64,000 nucleotides of DNA from Mizuhopecten yessoensis (GCF_002113885.1 NW_018408893.1:427073-491072); one strand, 5' to 3'. Counted from the first letter of the stretch, positions 39,670 to 58,740 are shown. Program-made: numbers and translations. The notes: generated by a model not told the origin, from the letters alone.

Positions 39670-40845
39670 GAACACATAGACCTGAAGATTTGTAACAGCT
39701 GTATTTGGACCTAAACTAAGGTGTTTGGAGTAATTTTACATTTTTAACCCCAGTCACATTTAGGCTGATTTCCGAAAAGGCGGCCGGGCGATAGGTTTTT
39801 TGGCCAAAATCGGCCGGCAAGCCGGAAAACCGTTAGGACGCCGGGAGATTATCGTCCACTATCGATTTTTAAACACCGCACGGGTCGCCGGGAGCTTTTA
39901 GCGTGGAGATAAAAGTTGCCGGTGTCCGCCTGATTTGTTACCCAATCTCATCGGAACATACCCGGCAGTCTCGGACCGTAAGTGTCTCGCAAGGATTTCG
40001 TAAGATTATCTTATGGTTCCCTGTGACATCGTACGGTCATCTTGGGATTTTGTACAATTTTACATGCTCCCAGGTGTCGTGTAGACCAACCGGTTTCCGG
40101 ACGGGTGCCGTAGGGCAATCGTTAGGTACAGTATACGTAGCCGCCCCATGTCCGCAAACTGTGCAGTGACCGTGGGATATTTGGCCGACGCCCGCCCGAT
40201 ATCCGGACGGGCATCGGCCGATACTTCCGGCGCCCGGACGGCACACATACGAGTATCTGCAGGCGCCATTTTCTCATGAACGAGCTAGGTGTTAATTTGT
40301 GTGCTTCCCTATATATACACGCCATGTGAAATTCGAAATATCGTAAGGGCTATTAATGATGTTGACGTCAGTCACGTGCCGAGACCTGTGGTGATTGGCT
40401 GTTAACACAGCCACGTTTTTGCTAAACCAACCAACACTGCATGTTTCGGCACGAAACTAACATCAACCTCATTTATATACAAAAAGTGGCACGATGACTG
40501 CAAAAACTTTGAAACTCTGAAATAGCGTGTGTTTTTGGAGGAAACGGAGATCATGTCCGTGGAAGGAGAATTCATTTTACGTGCATATAGAAAAAAAAGG
40601 AAAATTATCCATCTTTCCAACGGCACTTTTCCGTAGATCAACTAGACATATTGTTTTTGATGCAAGAAAGTTAGGTGGGATCGACTTTTTGACATCGAGC
40701 GCTTTCCACCCTTCTCGTATATAATCATTGGGGTGTCATTTTTCACCGAAGGTCGATCTAAACCCCTGAAATATGTAAAATTACTCTGAACACCTTAGTT
40801 TAGTTCCAAATACAGCTGTAACAAATTCTCAGGTCCCTGTGTTTT
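39670..40845. mobile_element. Non-autonomous DNA transposon with ~75-bp TIRs and a GC-rich internal segment
   Basis: gaacacatagacctgaagatttgtaacagctgtatttggacctaaactaaggtgtttggagtaattttacat mirrors atgtaaaattactctgaacaccttagtttagttccaaatacagctgtaacaaattctcaggtccctgtgtttt. TTAA flanks the left end. CpG-rich block at about 39770-40270. Confidence 0.75.
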
Positions 40846-41049
40846 CGTGTTTTACAGTACACTTATAACTTCTACTGCCCTTTTCCGCTAAGATTTGAGT
40901 GCGCTAATTTAGGTACGTTTACAGTACATTTGACCATAATTGAATAGGAATTCCGGAACTCTGTCAAAGTTTTTGTATATGTTTTATTTAACAGGGTTAT
41001 CTTTTGAATGAGTAATTATTAATGAAATATGAAAATGAAAGGAGATTAT

Positions 41050-41280
41050 TACTTTTTCTTGATTTGTAGATTGTAGTGACTTTGGTAGGAAACCCTGTCT
41101 AAGAAGTTTATTGGCCAGCAAAACAATTTTGCTCAAAACATTGCGATGTCTAATATACTCTATGGAGAAGTGAATCAACTTTGAAAAGATAGTATTTCAT
41201 TCATTTATTTGGTTCTGTTTCATATATGTAATTCTTGAAGATAAACGCGAAATTTGAAATTCTGTTCATCGAGGTCAATT
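41050..41280 (-). mobile_element. Degenerate Penelope-like reverse transcriptase remnant
   Basis: Minus-strand translation FSKLIHF...LLANKLLRQGF resembles the SQLIR...LTNKLLKQG segment of this RT type, and matches the remnant at about 52960. Confidence 0.45.
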
Positions 41281-41994
41281 TTTTTATCAATTTTTCTGAA
41301 TGTTGAATGATCCGATAATTATCTTATCTGTTTCCCAAAGTTGTCAAGGGAAAATGGCGGCTCACAATAATACATAAAAGATCTTGGCTAGGAATAATAA
41401 ACAGCCATCACCCACTTAATTCTATTGCAATATTTTTTTTCAACCAGAAACGTCAGAAACAAATTGTCTCATAAAGCATTATTCGTAGAAACCGGAAACC
41501 GTCTTCTATTTTAGAAAATTCCTAAGCTTCCCCCTGTTTGAAAACTGTATTTGATACATGCAATGATACCGTGCCAGTTGATGACGACGTCTGGTTTACA
41601 TGTTCAATGTATACTTAGTCTTATAGATTAACAAGAAACACATTACGTAGCAATCAACAGAAGGCACATTTTTACTCGCTTAGATATTCCAATCAGGTGT
41701 ATCATGCTTGATGATCAATCATTTCATTAAACATGTGTTACCGAAATAGTGTTCATTTTGAAACATAAACATTTTCTCTTATAAAACGATTGGAAAAGAA
41801 GGGAGTTTTACAAATAACATATGACCTGGCTTTTAATCTTTCCTGTACCTGACCGTACTACCGGAACGTAGATGACATTTCATAATGTAACCGGTATATT
41901 TTAAACATGCGCATTTGAAATTGAATGTTTACACTCAACTCGTATTAGTTCACAGGGTCGTGGGATGAGTTAATAGGCTCTAAACACACCCTTG

Positions 41995-42045
41995 TATAAA
42001 ACGATCGGGTCTGTTTGCTGCGAGAGTTGCGTCGGTAAGGTAAGT
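41995..42045 (+). promoter_or_regulatory. Putative TATA box and very short non-coding first exon of the tyrosinase
   Basis: TATAAAA at 41995-42001, an Inr-like GAGTT about 25 nt downstream, and a consensus donor AAG|GTAAGT at 42040. The tyrosinase ATG directly follows an acceptor (ttttgcag|ATG). Confidence 0.55.
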
Positions 42046-43150
42046 GAACAGTTAGCTGCTTTTCGTTATGGCTCACATTAAGCTGGCCATATTTAGGGTA
42101 TGTAGAAACGTAAATGCACTTTTCTTTGTAAGATGATGGTTCATATTTAATGCTTTTTACCTTAAAATCCGAATGAAGAATATGACTTCTTCAAGTAATA
42201 TAACCTTGTAGTTTATTTAGCATGCTTGTGTATAACAGATGAAACAATAGTGTTTTCAGCAATTATTGCTGTTGTTAATTAATGACAAGTTCCTTTGCAG
42301 CCAGATACATGAATTCCGTTCATTCCGTTCATTCCGTTGCAGCCATATACAATATTTCATTTTTCTGGTTGATTTCAATATGTTTTTATTTTTGTTTATG
42401 TTCCCTTGTACCGTATATTTCTCTTTCTTTCTTTTTTTAATCCACTTTTCTTTCTTGCATGTGATATATTCATAGTTGCGCTCTGTTTGTAACCTCTGAT
42501 GCTCTGTTATCGAATTGCTAAACAGATGAAAATGTAATAAATATATGTACTATTCTTTATGTATGTCCGATTTTAAATTCGAGAGAAAAATGAAACTGAA
42601 ACAACAAATTTTGCTCGTTCATGGTATTTTCTTAGATGTTGAACAAATCGTGCATATTGCATCTGAAAAACGAACATTATTTTAAGCGCTTATGCTTATC
42701 GACATTTCAAAACGACATAAGCTGGATAACTGGAGTCACAGCATCAGCATTTATAGTATCAATTAGATATAAATTGACCAGGGGTAATATTCCATTTTTT
42801 AATGTACTGTTTAAATGATGTATAGGTATTAAGTACATAAAAAGTGTATTTCTTATTATTATAACATTCGACATATAAGAACTTTGTCAAAATACATGAA
42901 TAGCGCAATCTTACTAACTGTTACTAACTGGTAGAAGTATTTAGTTCAAGCATTCATTCTCACAACTCCGTGTCAGTTTGGCCTGGATACAATTAATAAC
43001 AACTGCTTCAAAGCGTTAATTACATATCTCAATAAACAATTAATATTTTAATTATAACGATAACAAGATCTGCGTTTGAAAGTAATTATCTGCTTTAAAA
43101 CATATAAATTACCTTGTTGTGGTACTTGCAACATGATAGGCTATATATAT

Positions 43151-43540
43151 AGAATAATACATGCCTTTTTCCATATCACACCCAGTATCAACCCGAGACT
43201 GCAATATCAGCCCAAGGGCCGAAGGCCCGAGGGCTGATATTGGTCGAGGGTTGATACTGGGTGTTATATGGAAAAAGGCGTGTTTTATTCTGTTTATTAC
43301 ATACTTACTAATAAAAACTACTATCTTATGATTTATTTTTATTTTTGAAATATTGAAAAACGATTTTTTTTCCAAAAGAGGTGTGATATGGGTTTTGCGG
43401 GCTGATACGGGTTTTGGGGTGTGATACGGCGGGGGCTGATACGGGTTTTGGGGTGTGATACGGCGTGGGCTGATATGGGTTAGAGCAATTGTGTCGTATC
43501 GCATATACAAAAAACCCGTATTTATTAGTAAGTATGTAAT
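43151..43540. mobile_element. Palindromic non-autonomous element (long hairpin plus second inverted repeat)
   Basis: Hairpin 43151-43291 with apical GGCC-GAA-GGCC. tattacatacttactaataaa (about 43295) is inverted at about 43520-43540. Internal repeats gggctgatacgggttttggggtgtgatacggcg. Confidence 0.75.
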
Positions 43541-43930
43541 AAAATGATGTAAATTACCACATATTTTCAATGTAAGTTAACGTTCATTGTACATGAAAAA
43601 AATATTAAATGTCTATATTTTTTAATATTTTTATTAACATTTCTCGTTCAATGTTTTATATTTGTATATTCAATAAAGATAAAATCCAACATTAAGAGCG
43701 ATCACAGTGATGCCAAATGACAGATATCTTTCTTCTTCATCAAAATTTCATATATGTATATAAGTAATATTTATGTTGTAAATAATTTTGTGCTTATTTT
43801 TCATTATAAACACTTGTACAAGTTGTACAAATATAACTGAATGAAACTCTACCATTTTTGTAAAATTATTAAGATATTCATATTAAATGTTTTTCTTAGA
43901 AAGATATGTTAAATCACTATCATTTTGCAG

Positions 43931-46900
43931 ATGGACAATGTCAAACCGTTGAGATGGTTGACGTTCAACCTTCTGATATGGCATGTTGCATCTAGTATTG
44001 ATAACATAGACATACCACTTCGACTGATAGAATGTTTCTCGGAATGGGCAAAAAGGGAGAACCTCACTAACATAGCTGGCCAGTCTGTGCTACACACATG
44101 TATGTCAGGTTATCTGTGGGAGACGGGAATGGAGAGATGGAGCCCAGATATTGACCCAGACATTTCGAAGTACATCTCGGAAGACGTGGCGGAGAGGATC
44201 AATCGATTACGTGAAACAAGAAGCACGGACGCCACGACCGCTTCGCCATACAGAAACCTCCGCGTCCGCAAAGAGTACCGCATGTTAACTGACAAGGAAA
44301 GACGGAAATATCACAGGGCGGTGAAAGCTCTTAAACAAGATAAGGTACGTTTTTTATTCTTCCAAGAGAACAATACATAAGTGGTATGTAAGTTAATGGA
44401 ATTACATCGCCTATGCTTGTATTATATACCTGCTCAAATATGTTCCAACCCAAATTTTGCACAATATGGCTAGAATCCTACTGTTGAAATCCGTTGTTCA
44501 TATGAATGAAGGAGAGTATTGGCATCTGGACAAATGGTTAAAGGGTGGAACCGTTCAAACAGAAGGTAAAAGGAGTTCAAAGATGGAAAATATAAGATAA
44601 CGACAATAAACGGATGAGCAATTTTGGTATATTGGTTAGAAATAGAAATATTTCTCATAGTTTAGATATAAGTTCATGTTGCAGAATGCAGTCGTGTTTG
44701 CTGGGACCGTACGGGAATTTGCAGACAACTGCACTCACCCAAATTTTATCGAAGATAGTTTGGTCCACCAAAAATTCACCCCACAAAAGGCGTAAACGAA
44801 GTTATGAAATGTTAAATACTGAAAAAGCCATAAAGTCCTTTATCCGCAATGCCACTTTTACTTCTTTGCTCAAATACCTTACACTAATACACGAATTTGT
44901 AGATGTACATTATTATGTATATTTCCAAGTACTGTAAACATACACATTTTAGCGGTTGTCTCATTTTAGCACTTTCCGCGTTCTAAGTATTATTCTCAAT
45001 TATGATTGTGTGAATAGAAGCTCCTGTATATTGTTTACGTATTTTGATGGTACGCCAATTCATCAATGTTCTAATCTGTTGATTTGAGTGCGCTAAAATG
45101 TGTATGCTTACAATATGTCGTACAGCTAGAGTATAGTATCATACACGGTAAGAAAGATTCTTTAATGCAACGTTTTTCTTTTCTATCCAGAGACTGAAAC
45201 CGAACACATTCGATGCTATTGCTAATTACCACAACGCGAAAGTACAGAATTCTGCGCACGGAGGACCTAATTTCCTAGGATGGCATCGAATTTATCTCAT
45301 GATGTAAGTTTTTTCATATCTCGCTTCTGGGAACATGTTTTTACTTATAAATGTGTTCCAAATTGAACAAAAAAAGCACCAATTGAGAGTTGTGTGTGCA
45401 AAGTTAAGCGCAATTTCAATAAGAGTTAAAAATTTGGTAAAGATACAAAAAGTCAAAAATTACACCGCATCATACAACTGTTTCGTCTATCTAGGTCTCG
45501 TTGGTTATGCTAGGGGGCAAACAGTTGGAAATCCAAATTGTTTAAACCACTTTTTTTAATAGAGGGGAAGATGTTTAAAACCCTGACTTATAAATTTAAA
45601 CTTTTTTTGTTTTTGTTTTTCTCTGCGTCGACAAAAAAGTGAGCAACAATAAAAAATCGATTCCAATTCCATTATTAATATTTGTTTAGGTATGAAGACG
45701 CACTTAGAAGAATGGACCCTGACGTGACAATTCCGTACTGGGATTGCAGGTTGGATGAAGCAATGAACAATCCAGCAAAGTCCACGCTGTTTTCAGCTCG
45801 TTTTGCAGGAACTGGTGTAGGCGAGGTCGATAAAGGTCCATTTAAAGACTGGAACCATGCTTCATTTGGTAAACTAAAGCGAGACACTAATAATGGTGGG
45901 GAGCTCATGAGTTACGATGACGTGGAAAATATCCTTTCGAGAAATTATACTTCCGAGATAACCATCCCAACAGCGGAACTTAAGTACAACCTGGAGGTAC
46001 TTCATGGAAACATACACAGTTTTGTTAGCGGACATTTGGGAGAACTCACCTCCGCAGCACATGATCCTTTATTCTACATGCTTCATGCTTTTATTGATTA
46101 CATCTGGTGGATGTTCAGGAAAAAGCAAGAGGCCAATGGGATCGATCCCTCCGAAGACTATCCAGAAACAACAATTAAGAAACATCATCCAGATCAGACA
46201 ATGAATGGGTTTAGTATGTACAAAAATATCGATGGGTATTCTAGCAACTGGACAAGGGACATTTACACCTATGATATGAGCCCTACATGTTCCAAAAACA
46301 AATCTTCACATTGCAATTCAAAATGGCTGATATGTGACCATGATACAGGCAGATGTGTATCAAAAGCACGTAGAAGAAACTACCGATCACTAGCGCAGAG
46401 GTTTGGTGCATTTATGTCATCCACGCCGGAAACGTGTCAGACGGAGGACACTGTTGAAGATGGCTGCTTTAAGCTTGATACAACTATTCAAAACACATTT
46501 GTCGTTGACGGCTCCGCTGATTCCAGCAAATGGGTTTATCTTCCAATTAAAATTATCAATGAAAGGAAAATGGCAGAAATATTCAGGTCGTTCGGAGTTG
46601 AAAACGGTGAAGCCAATGAGACTTTGGACATTTATGATTCGAAACAGTATGATGAACTGAAACGAAATGAAGATGATGGTAAGATGGGTACCTATCGGAA
46701 GTGCCAGCTCTCTGGCTCTGGCGCCACCAAAATATTCGTAAATGTTTACGGGTTGAATTACTATGGCTTTTCCACGGAATACACTATAGTGGATGAAAGA
46801 ATTGCATTGTCGGCAGGGTACACTTACGTCCCCGTTAGGAAACCCACGGATAAACCTTCAGAAGCGTTCATCTCGGCGTACGACTCCTGTGGAAGACTCT

Positions 46901-47124
46901 GCAAGCCTTACTGTAGAGAGGATGGGATGTACAAACCATGTACTGCCGCGATTCGTATGGGTAACTATTCCAATGGACAGTACGGGAATACGTTTGCAGA
47001 TGCCCTCCTGAATACATGGAGCTTTGATGGCGATGGAGTCCCAGAGGTGAACGCTGCCAACGTGTACTTGGCGTTCTACTGTAACCGTAAGGAAACTTGG
47101 CCATGGCAACAATACAATAAATAA
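43931..47124 (+). CDS. Secreted molluscan-type tyrosinase (type-3 copper protein), 653 aa, three coding exons
   Basis: Exons 43931-44344, 45191-45303 and 45690-47124 (1962 nt, phases 0 and 2). Signal peptide. RVRKEYRML domain start. CuA: ANYH...SAHGGPNFLGWHR. IPYWD motif. CuB: LHGNIH...AAHDPLFYMLHAFID. Cys-rich linker, then a long C-terminal domain (GLNYYG, AYDSCGRLCKPYC). Confidence 0.95.
44930..45115. mobile_element. Tc1/mariner-type MITE in a tyrosinase intron
   Basis: TIRs tactgtaaacatacacattttagcg and cgctaaaatgtgtatgcttacaata, with TA at both ends. A related 3' piece lies at about 40885-40926. Confidence 0.7.
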
Positions 47125-49187
47125 ACACAAAACTTTCACACCAAAGAGTATATAATAGTTAGGTGGTCTACCTGCTTTTTAGCGAAAAATGTTTTTTTTT
47201 TCTTCTATTTGTTGACAGCGAACTTTCCTGGAGGTCTGTCTCAATTCGTATATAAATGACAGACACGTCTGTCGCTTTATGCAAAACTACTTATGCTATA
47301 GATGCACATATTCAGAGCCAAAAGCTTTTTATTTCGCATCAGAAGTGTGAAAACCGTACTTTTTCTTCATAATGTGAAAAGGATTTTAGAATGTGTAGTC
47401 TATAAACCATCACTATGATATAATTATGTAACATGATAAATGGTAAAAGCCAGTATTAGGTGATGACGACCAGGGCCCAGTTGTTCAAAAGGTGATTAGC
47501 TTAATCAGTGATTAGCGCAAATTTTAATCTTTATGTAACTTCAAAACAAAACTACTGAATTAGGTACAACTTTCCAGATATCAAATGTGCGATGTGTTTA
47601 ATGATGGTTAAAGTCTGATGTGAACACGTCCCTTTAAAGTGCACCATTTGGGTGCTGAAAACAGATTCAATAAATATATCCATACACTACCAAATATAAC
47701 AGTATGCACACGAGCAGTTTACGTCAAAGTGTTTTGTCAATAGTGTTCAAACGGGGCACATTCAGATTAACATAAAACTAAAATCTACATATGTCCGTTA
47801 AAACGTTTTACATGTTTGACATTCGATGTCAATTCGAACAAATAGAAAGATAAATTGCATATCTGGGTGATCATTGTGAAATGCAGTTTCTGTTGAATAA
47901 TAAACAAATCAACGGGTCTGTATGGGGATCTAAATGTAAATTATCTTGCATCAGATGTTAACCGGAGCTATTAAGAAAAGTTAAGTTACAAAGAAAACCT
48001 TACAGACCGATCTAGCACATTTCAAAACTGTTGTCATCACCATCATTTGAAACATTAAATTTAAAAATCGTCCAACTTGCCTTGGAACCAATCGTATTTA
48101 AATACATTATTAACACATATATTACTTTGTACTTAAATGATTAAAACAAAATAAGAGACCGAATTTGTTTACTTGTAACTAAAGGTATCAACATCGCGCG
48201 GCGAGATATCAGCGATGAGAGCTACGTCAAAAAAGTTAGGATTCCAAAAGCCAAATCTACCAAAGGCAATATTATATATAGAATGTTTGGTAACCAAACT
48301 GATAAGGTTGTAATTTTGAAAGGAATAAGTTATTGAGTACATGTAACATAATGCTTTAAATTTATGGGAATATCACTCTGTTTCTCTGAAAAATATTGAC
48401 ACATGAATGCTTTTTCTCTTTCTAGCTGTTATATGTTCTTTTTAAACACGTGTGTTTTCTGTGTATGTAGTTGCCTTTCATCTTCATGAAGATGGTTAGT
48501 ATACAACTCCTTTGTTTTCTGATTGAGTAGTAGCCCCGTGCTCGTCCTCTCATTGGATTTTATTTATTGTTTGATTATGTTTTTATTTGTTAGGATTTAT
48601 GACATTTTAGTTGTTGTGTTGTTTATTAGTTTATAATTCATGTAAGGTTTAAAACTAGCTGGATGAGTCTTCCTTCTGATGCTTGTAGAAATAAAGTTTA
48701 TTTAAAACAATACCTTGATGTTTTCATTTTTAATGTTAAGACATAACAATAAAACACATCTTTTTGACAATTTTCAATGTATTTTTACAACATTGTACAA
48801 ATGTTCATCTGCACGTAGTATGTTGGAGCTTTCATTAATGATGACCGTACCTTCATGCCTATGCATATTGCTTGTACAAGCATTCACTTAATATGATAAT
48901 AAATTCATTCATAAATTAAATAAACACAGAAGTTAATACACTTGTAGTGAAGGTTTAAGTATTCTTTATTTCAAGTCACATAGATAACATGATCGCACAT
49001 ATTGTACAAGGAAATTAAAGGTGGTAGCCGACCCTACGTTGTGTTAGATGTATGTCCTATTGTAGGAAAGAAAATGACATTTGTCTCGTCAATAACCTTA
49101 GCATTTATGTTTTATCAGGTTTACAATAAATTTCAGTTTTCTATTATATAAAACATACTGAAAACAGCCGAACTCCTGATGTAGTCA

Positions 49188-54142
<4,955 letters not shown>

Positions 54143-54559
54143 CTCTGTGGTGGCTGGCGATCGACTGGTGGCCGAGGCCTTGTGATAAAGGTATATGTAT
54201 GTGACCTTCCGATAACGACGTTAGATAAGTATGCAAATACATGCACTTAAAGTGTGTATCAGGAATACTAACACATAAATGTTAACTATCAGCAAAATGT
54301 GATATTAGGGCAAAGATGCTTTTATTATTAGGTTAACATGATAACAAACTATTTCTTAGAGGCTTCAATTGTCTCATGGCTGTCATGATATGATTACTTA
54401 ATATGGGGACGCGAATAAAATTTGCTAACTGTGTCTTAGTTCATTGATCACCTACATGCTTATTTGATTTGACTGATGCCGATGTTAATGGCTGTGGTGC
54501 CCCAGTTCATGTCGGTGGTACCATTCGGTGGTGCCATTCTAAAACACTTGTTTATGTGA

Positions 54560-55400
54560 GCGGTGTGTGTGTGTGTGTGTGTGTGTTTGGGGGGGGGGGG
54601 GGTTATGCTGTTTGCGCAGGGTTCATGGGGAGGGGTCGCCGTTGTTTGTACACCTGGGTTTTTTCTGTACTATTTATGAAGGTGGTGCCTTCTTGTACAT
54701 CTGCTGTTTGTTAAGTGTTCATAAAGATTGTTTGATTGCCAGAACGCCTGTTGTTTTTTTGTGGGAATCACATAGATGGTGGTACTATTCTTTGTGCAAA
54801 TGTTGTTTGTGTAAGGTTCATGAAGGTGTTTCCATTGTTTGTAAACTTGTTGTTTGTATGGGTTTCATAAGATTTACGGTACCATTTTTTGCACAAATGT
54901 TGTGTTTGTTGGGATAATTACAGCAGTGTCGTAATTTGTACACATGCTGTTAGTGTAGGGTCCATGACTTTGATGCCAATGTTGACACCTGTTGTTTGTG
55001 CAGGATTCATGATGATAGTTACAGGACTCGTGATGCTTGACACCTGTTTTTATTTTCATGACGGTGGTTCCATCTTTACACACCTGCTGTGTATGTGTGT
55101 TGAGTGAATGTTGATGATGCCGATGTTTGTACACCAGTTGTTTGTGTAAGGTTCATGAAGATAGTTCCGTTTTTTGTATACCTTTTCTTTGTGCAGGATT
55201 CATGACGGTGGTTTCGCTGTTTGTACAACTGTTGTTTATGCAGGATTCATGAAGATGGTTCCGTTGTTTGTCCACCTGATGTGTGTATTGAATGAAAGAC
55301 TTGGACGCCGTTGTTTGTACACCGGTTGTTTGCGTAAGGTTCATGAAGTTAGTGCCATTCTTTGAACTACTGTTGTTTGTGTTGGGCTAATGAATGTGAT
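54560..55400. repeat. (GT)n and G run followed by a decayed ~45-50-bp minisatellite
   Basis: Recurrent gttgtttgt...ggttcatgaag.tggt..ccgttgtttgtacacc motifs between the GST pseudogene and GST copy 1. Confidence 0.7.
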
Positions 55401-55569
55401 ACAGTTGGTTGTACGATTTGAGTTACGATATGCTTTTATGTTGGAACTGGTTTTTTTTCTTCTTTTCCTTTAAAAATATAAAATTCTCCAATGAATATGC
55501 TCTTATCATTATTTATTCATGTTTTCAATAACACTTAGAAGTTACCAACAAGAAATCGACTCATGAACT

Positions 55570-58500
55570 CTAGATGATGCTCTCTGGGCGGTTTGCTAGG
55601 TACTGCTTCAGGTTTTTGTTCTCCTCAACATTTTTCCAGTTTTCAGCCAATCTTGGAAAATCTTTCAACGCCTCTGGGTTAAGAGAAAATGTGTGAATAT
55701 TTCGTGACATGCAAGGTCTGCTAACGTCAGCTAGAATACGTAAAAAATATAACTCAATAATTCTACTAAAGCCTTTCCTTAATAGTGACACTATTTATAG
55801 GCGCATTTTCTGAACATTTTACACATATCTATAACATGTTTATAGATAAGGTTTTATACTGCTGTAATAGTTCGTGCAATGGTTTAAATTATATTACATT
55901 TTTCCGAAACATGTCGTGGTGATGTACATACATGTTGAAACTACACCGACACACCTTATGAATATAGTCTCACCTGCAGTTTATCATATTATACCTACAA
56001 ATGTCGCTTTATGCTTATAATGGTTAAATATTGCAAATATATACACACCTGTAGGTTGTAATTAAGCATTTAAGTGCCCTTTTAACACAGGTCAATGCTT
56101 TTTACCATTTTGAGTATTTTAATGTCATAAAAGTTAACACCTGTATAATGAAATTTAGCATAGGGTTTTGATTATGTGTAGAACAGCCGTATCCAATGGA
56201 GAGTTTGAAGTATCTTACGTTACAGTTTTGAAATAACAATAAAGAATAAGTAGGCACTGGCATTTACATTAAATATGAATGTCATCCAAACTTCGTATTG
56301 TGATATAGTTGCAGTACCATAAGAGTGGTAAATATTTATTCATAATACGCGAATATAAACTGCAACGTGTCCAAAATATAACAAAACGTTGTCTTTGATA
56401 ACGCCCCTTGCTCGAAAGTGACACTGATGCGTAAACTAACCAATAAATGATAGTTATTAAGATGATAGTTATATATTACATTGTTTGGTGAATTATAATT
56501 CCAGATTCAATTTTTAGAATCATTGTGTAGTTTCACTTTTTTACATTCTGCGGAAAAATATAACTACATATTTCCAATGACCTTCCTAACTATATAATCA
56601 GATTTAATGTTCAAATATGCATTCCTCTATACGCATATTGATCACACGCAACCATTCATCAAGACATAGATGATTCATGAACGTAGGTTCACTTAAGTTC
56701 TTTAGAGGAAATGCAATTTGCATTTTCACGAAGATTGTTACACACATTAAAGTAATACATTCTTGGCCATTGGTATCGAATTTGGATTTGTTTATGCTGT
56801 AATGTTCACACACACACACACAACTTTGTGATTTAATGGACATACGCCAGGAGGTACTAAGACAGAAACCAAGTCTAACTTTTCTAATTTAGATATATGG
56901 CATTTATGTGACAACAAAGTAGTCAGGTAGGCTTGATTGACTTACGCTTGGTCCTACAAAGTATCCGTTTGTGCCTCAATAATTTTCCAAAAGGGTCTGG
57001 AAGATTCTGGTGAACTGTAGGTTTTTTCATTCATCAATGCATTCTTCACTTCCAGCTGACATGTTCATTGTAAGATAAGCACACTTAAATGACCATGTCA
57101 AGACTTCTTTACACTGAATATAACTTAAGGATCTCCGTACCACTGCCAGAGACGGTAACAATGCAATAGAGACCGATTTTGTTGACATGACTACCGCTTG
57201 GTAATATGTTCTGGAAAAAAGCCAAACCTTTCTAGACTTTCATTAAAAATAATAGTGATAAAATAAACTTAACAATAATCAACGACAGTGCTTTAATTGA
57301 CAACACAGGGATAATAGACCGGGGTTTCAATCCTTGACTTCTGATTTTTATACTACATGTATTTATCTAACTGACTGAGCTACCCGGTCTAAGGAAGTGT
57401 CCTGGCACAATTTTGCTACAGTGATATCAAAAATGAAACTAAGGGTAGGTAACCGTATATACGACAAAACTACAGTGCAGTGGGGCATGGATCCTTAAGG
57501 ACAATGATTTGAACCAAGACTTCATTAAGATTTACATTTTACATACATTATGCAAAGTTAAATGCAAAAAAGGACCATACATGGCATAATGAGTTTAGTT
57601 TATTGTCACATTACACAAAATATTATTTGTGAATTCTGACGCTAAAATATGTACATGTTGGAATGCTCGTAATTAGCATTACATGTCTCAACAATGTATG
57701 ATATTCCTGTAGCAGTAAAGATGGCAAAAATATATATCTGGTAATCGTTGTCCTCAGCTGTCTCGTTGTGATATCATTTAGGAGATATTGTTTGAATCCG
57801 TCTGCGGCCTCGTCTATGACCTGATCTACCAGACATTGCAAATATATCAGCTTATGGCTTATCATGCTGATGATCGCCTATGTAACACTATCAGTATTAA
57901 TTATGCAATAATTGCAATAAGGTTTGGTATCGCGATATATGGCAAGAACAAAAGGTCAATGCACCGTATAATGTTATTTTCACACAGACTGAAACTTTTG
58001 CGATTATAATTTCGCGATACCGACATGTGAAGCAACTTAATTTTCGCGGTGTACGGAACACTCAAAGTGTCAAATAGAAAATAATCGCTTTATCTATAAT
58101 GATCAAAAATCAGTAGGTGTGTTTAGTTAACAAGTCATCAACAAAACTGTTATAAGTGTGATGTAATATATTAACAAACAGCTTGTACATCTCTTGCTGT
58201 AAATGAATCGTTCCTACCACATACTCGCTTTTTAACGACAACATTACGGTTATGAAGTCTATTATACGCTTTTGATATTATTCTGGGGATCACGTTTTCG
58301 TGATCACGTTATTGACCCGCGAAATCGCAAAAATATCGTCCCCGCAGAAATATCCTGTTATACGTTATTACAGAAAGACGTATGTCGTATGGATACAGAA
58401 TAGGCGTGTCCATATTTTACCAAACTCCCTGGCCAGGTAGCGGGCTATGGCCAGACTCTGTGACAGCTGTTTTCCGTCCACATCCAGCACCGGCAGCTAA

Positions 58501-58740
58501 CAAGTTGGCATCTCTGTAATTATAAATGATTGATTTATTCAATCATAGTAATAGTTAATTTTGGATAAAAGTATGCTAGTATATCTATGAGAAATATATT
58601 TGTACAAATGACTGATTACTTGACGCGATATCATAACTAATATTGTCTTACTAAGCCATATGACATGAAGGCTATTGTCTTACTTGGCCTCATGGCATTC
58701 CAATTCATTTGAGATGTACGTCCGAAGTTTCTGGGTCGAT
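55570..58740 (-). pseudogene. Sigma-class GST pseudogene (copy 2), unprocessed
   Basis: Exon 1 survives only as a 3' remnant (NWNAMRP, donor after 58684). Exon 2 (58513-58421) has an in-frame TAG at 58499-58497. Exon 3 (about 57840-57740) lacks its 5' end and acceptor. Exon 4 (57055-56946) is 1 nt short and has TGA at 56978-56976. Exon 5 (55730-55570) is 4 nt short (frameshift). Confidence 0.88.
57317..57389 (-). mobile_element. tRNA-derived SINE head remnant
   Basis: Minus strand reads gaccgggtagctcagtcagttaga...aaggattgaaaccccggtct: A-box-like and degenerate B-box motifs with a paired acceptor-like stem, but no intact cloverleaf. Confidence 0.5.

Noticed and set aside
39903-40325. GC-rich overlapping short ORFs suggesting a foreign or horizontally acquired gene
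   Set aside because: Short, no recognisable domain, and contained within a TIR element.
43109-43570. 153-aa minus-strand ORF
   Set aside because: Lies within a palindromic repeat element, and its Pro-rich repeats come from the element's internal tandem repeats.
54469-55365. Several Cys/Val-rich ORFs
   Set aside because: Derived from (GT)n and decayed minisatellite sequence, with no splice or domain support.
57317-57389. tRNA gene
   Set aside because: The B box and anticodon arm are degenerate. Better explained as a SINE head.
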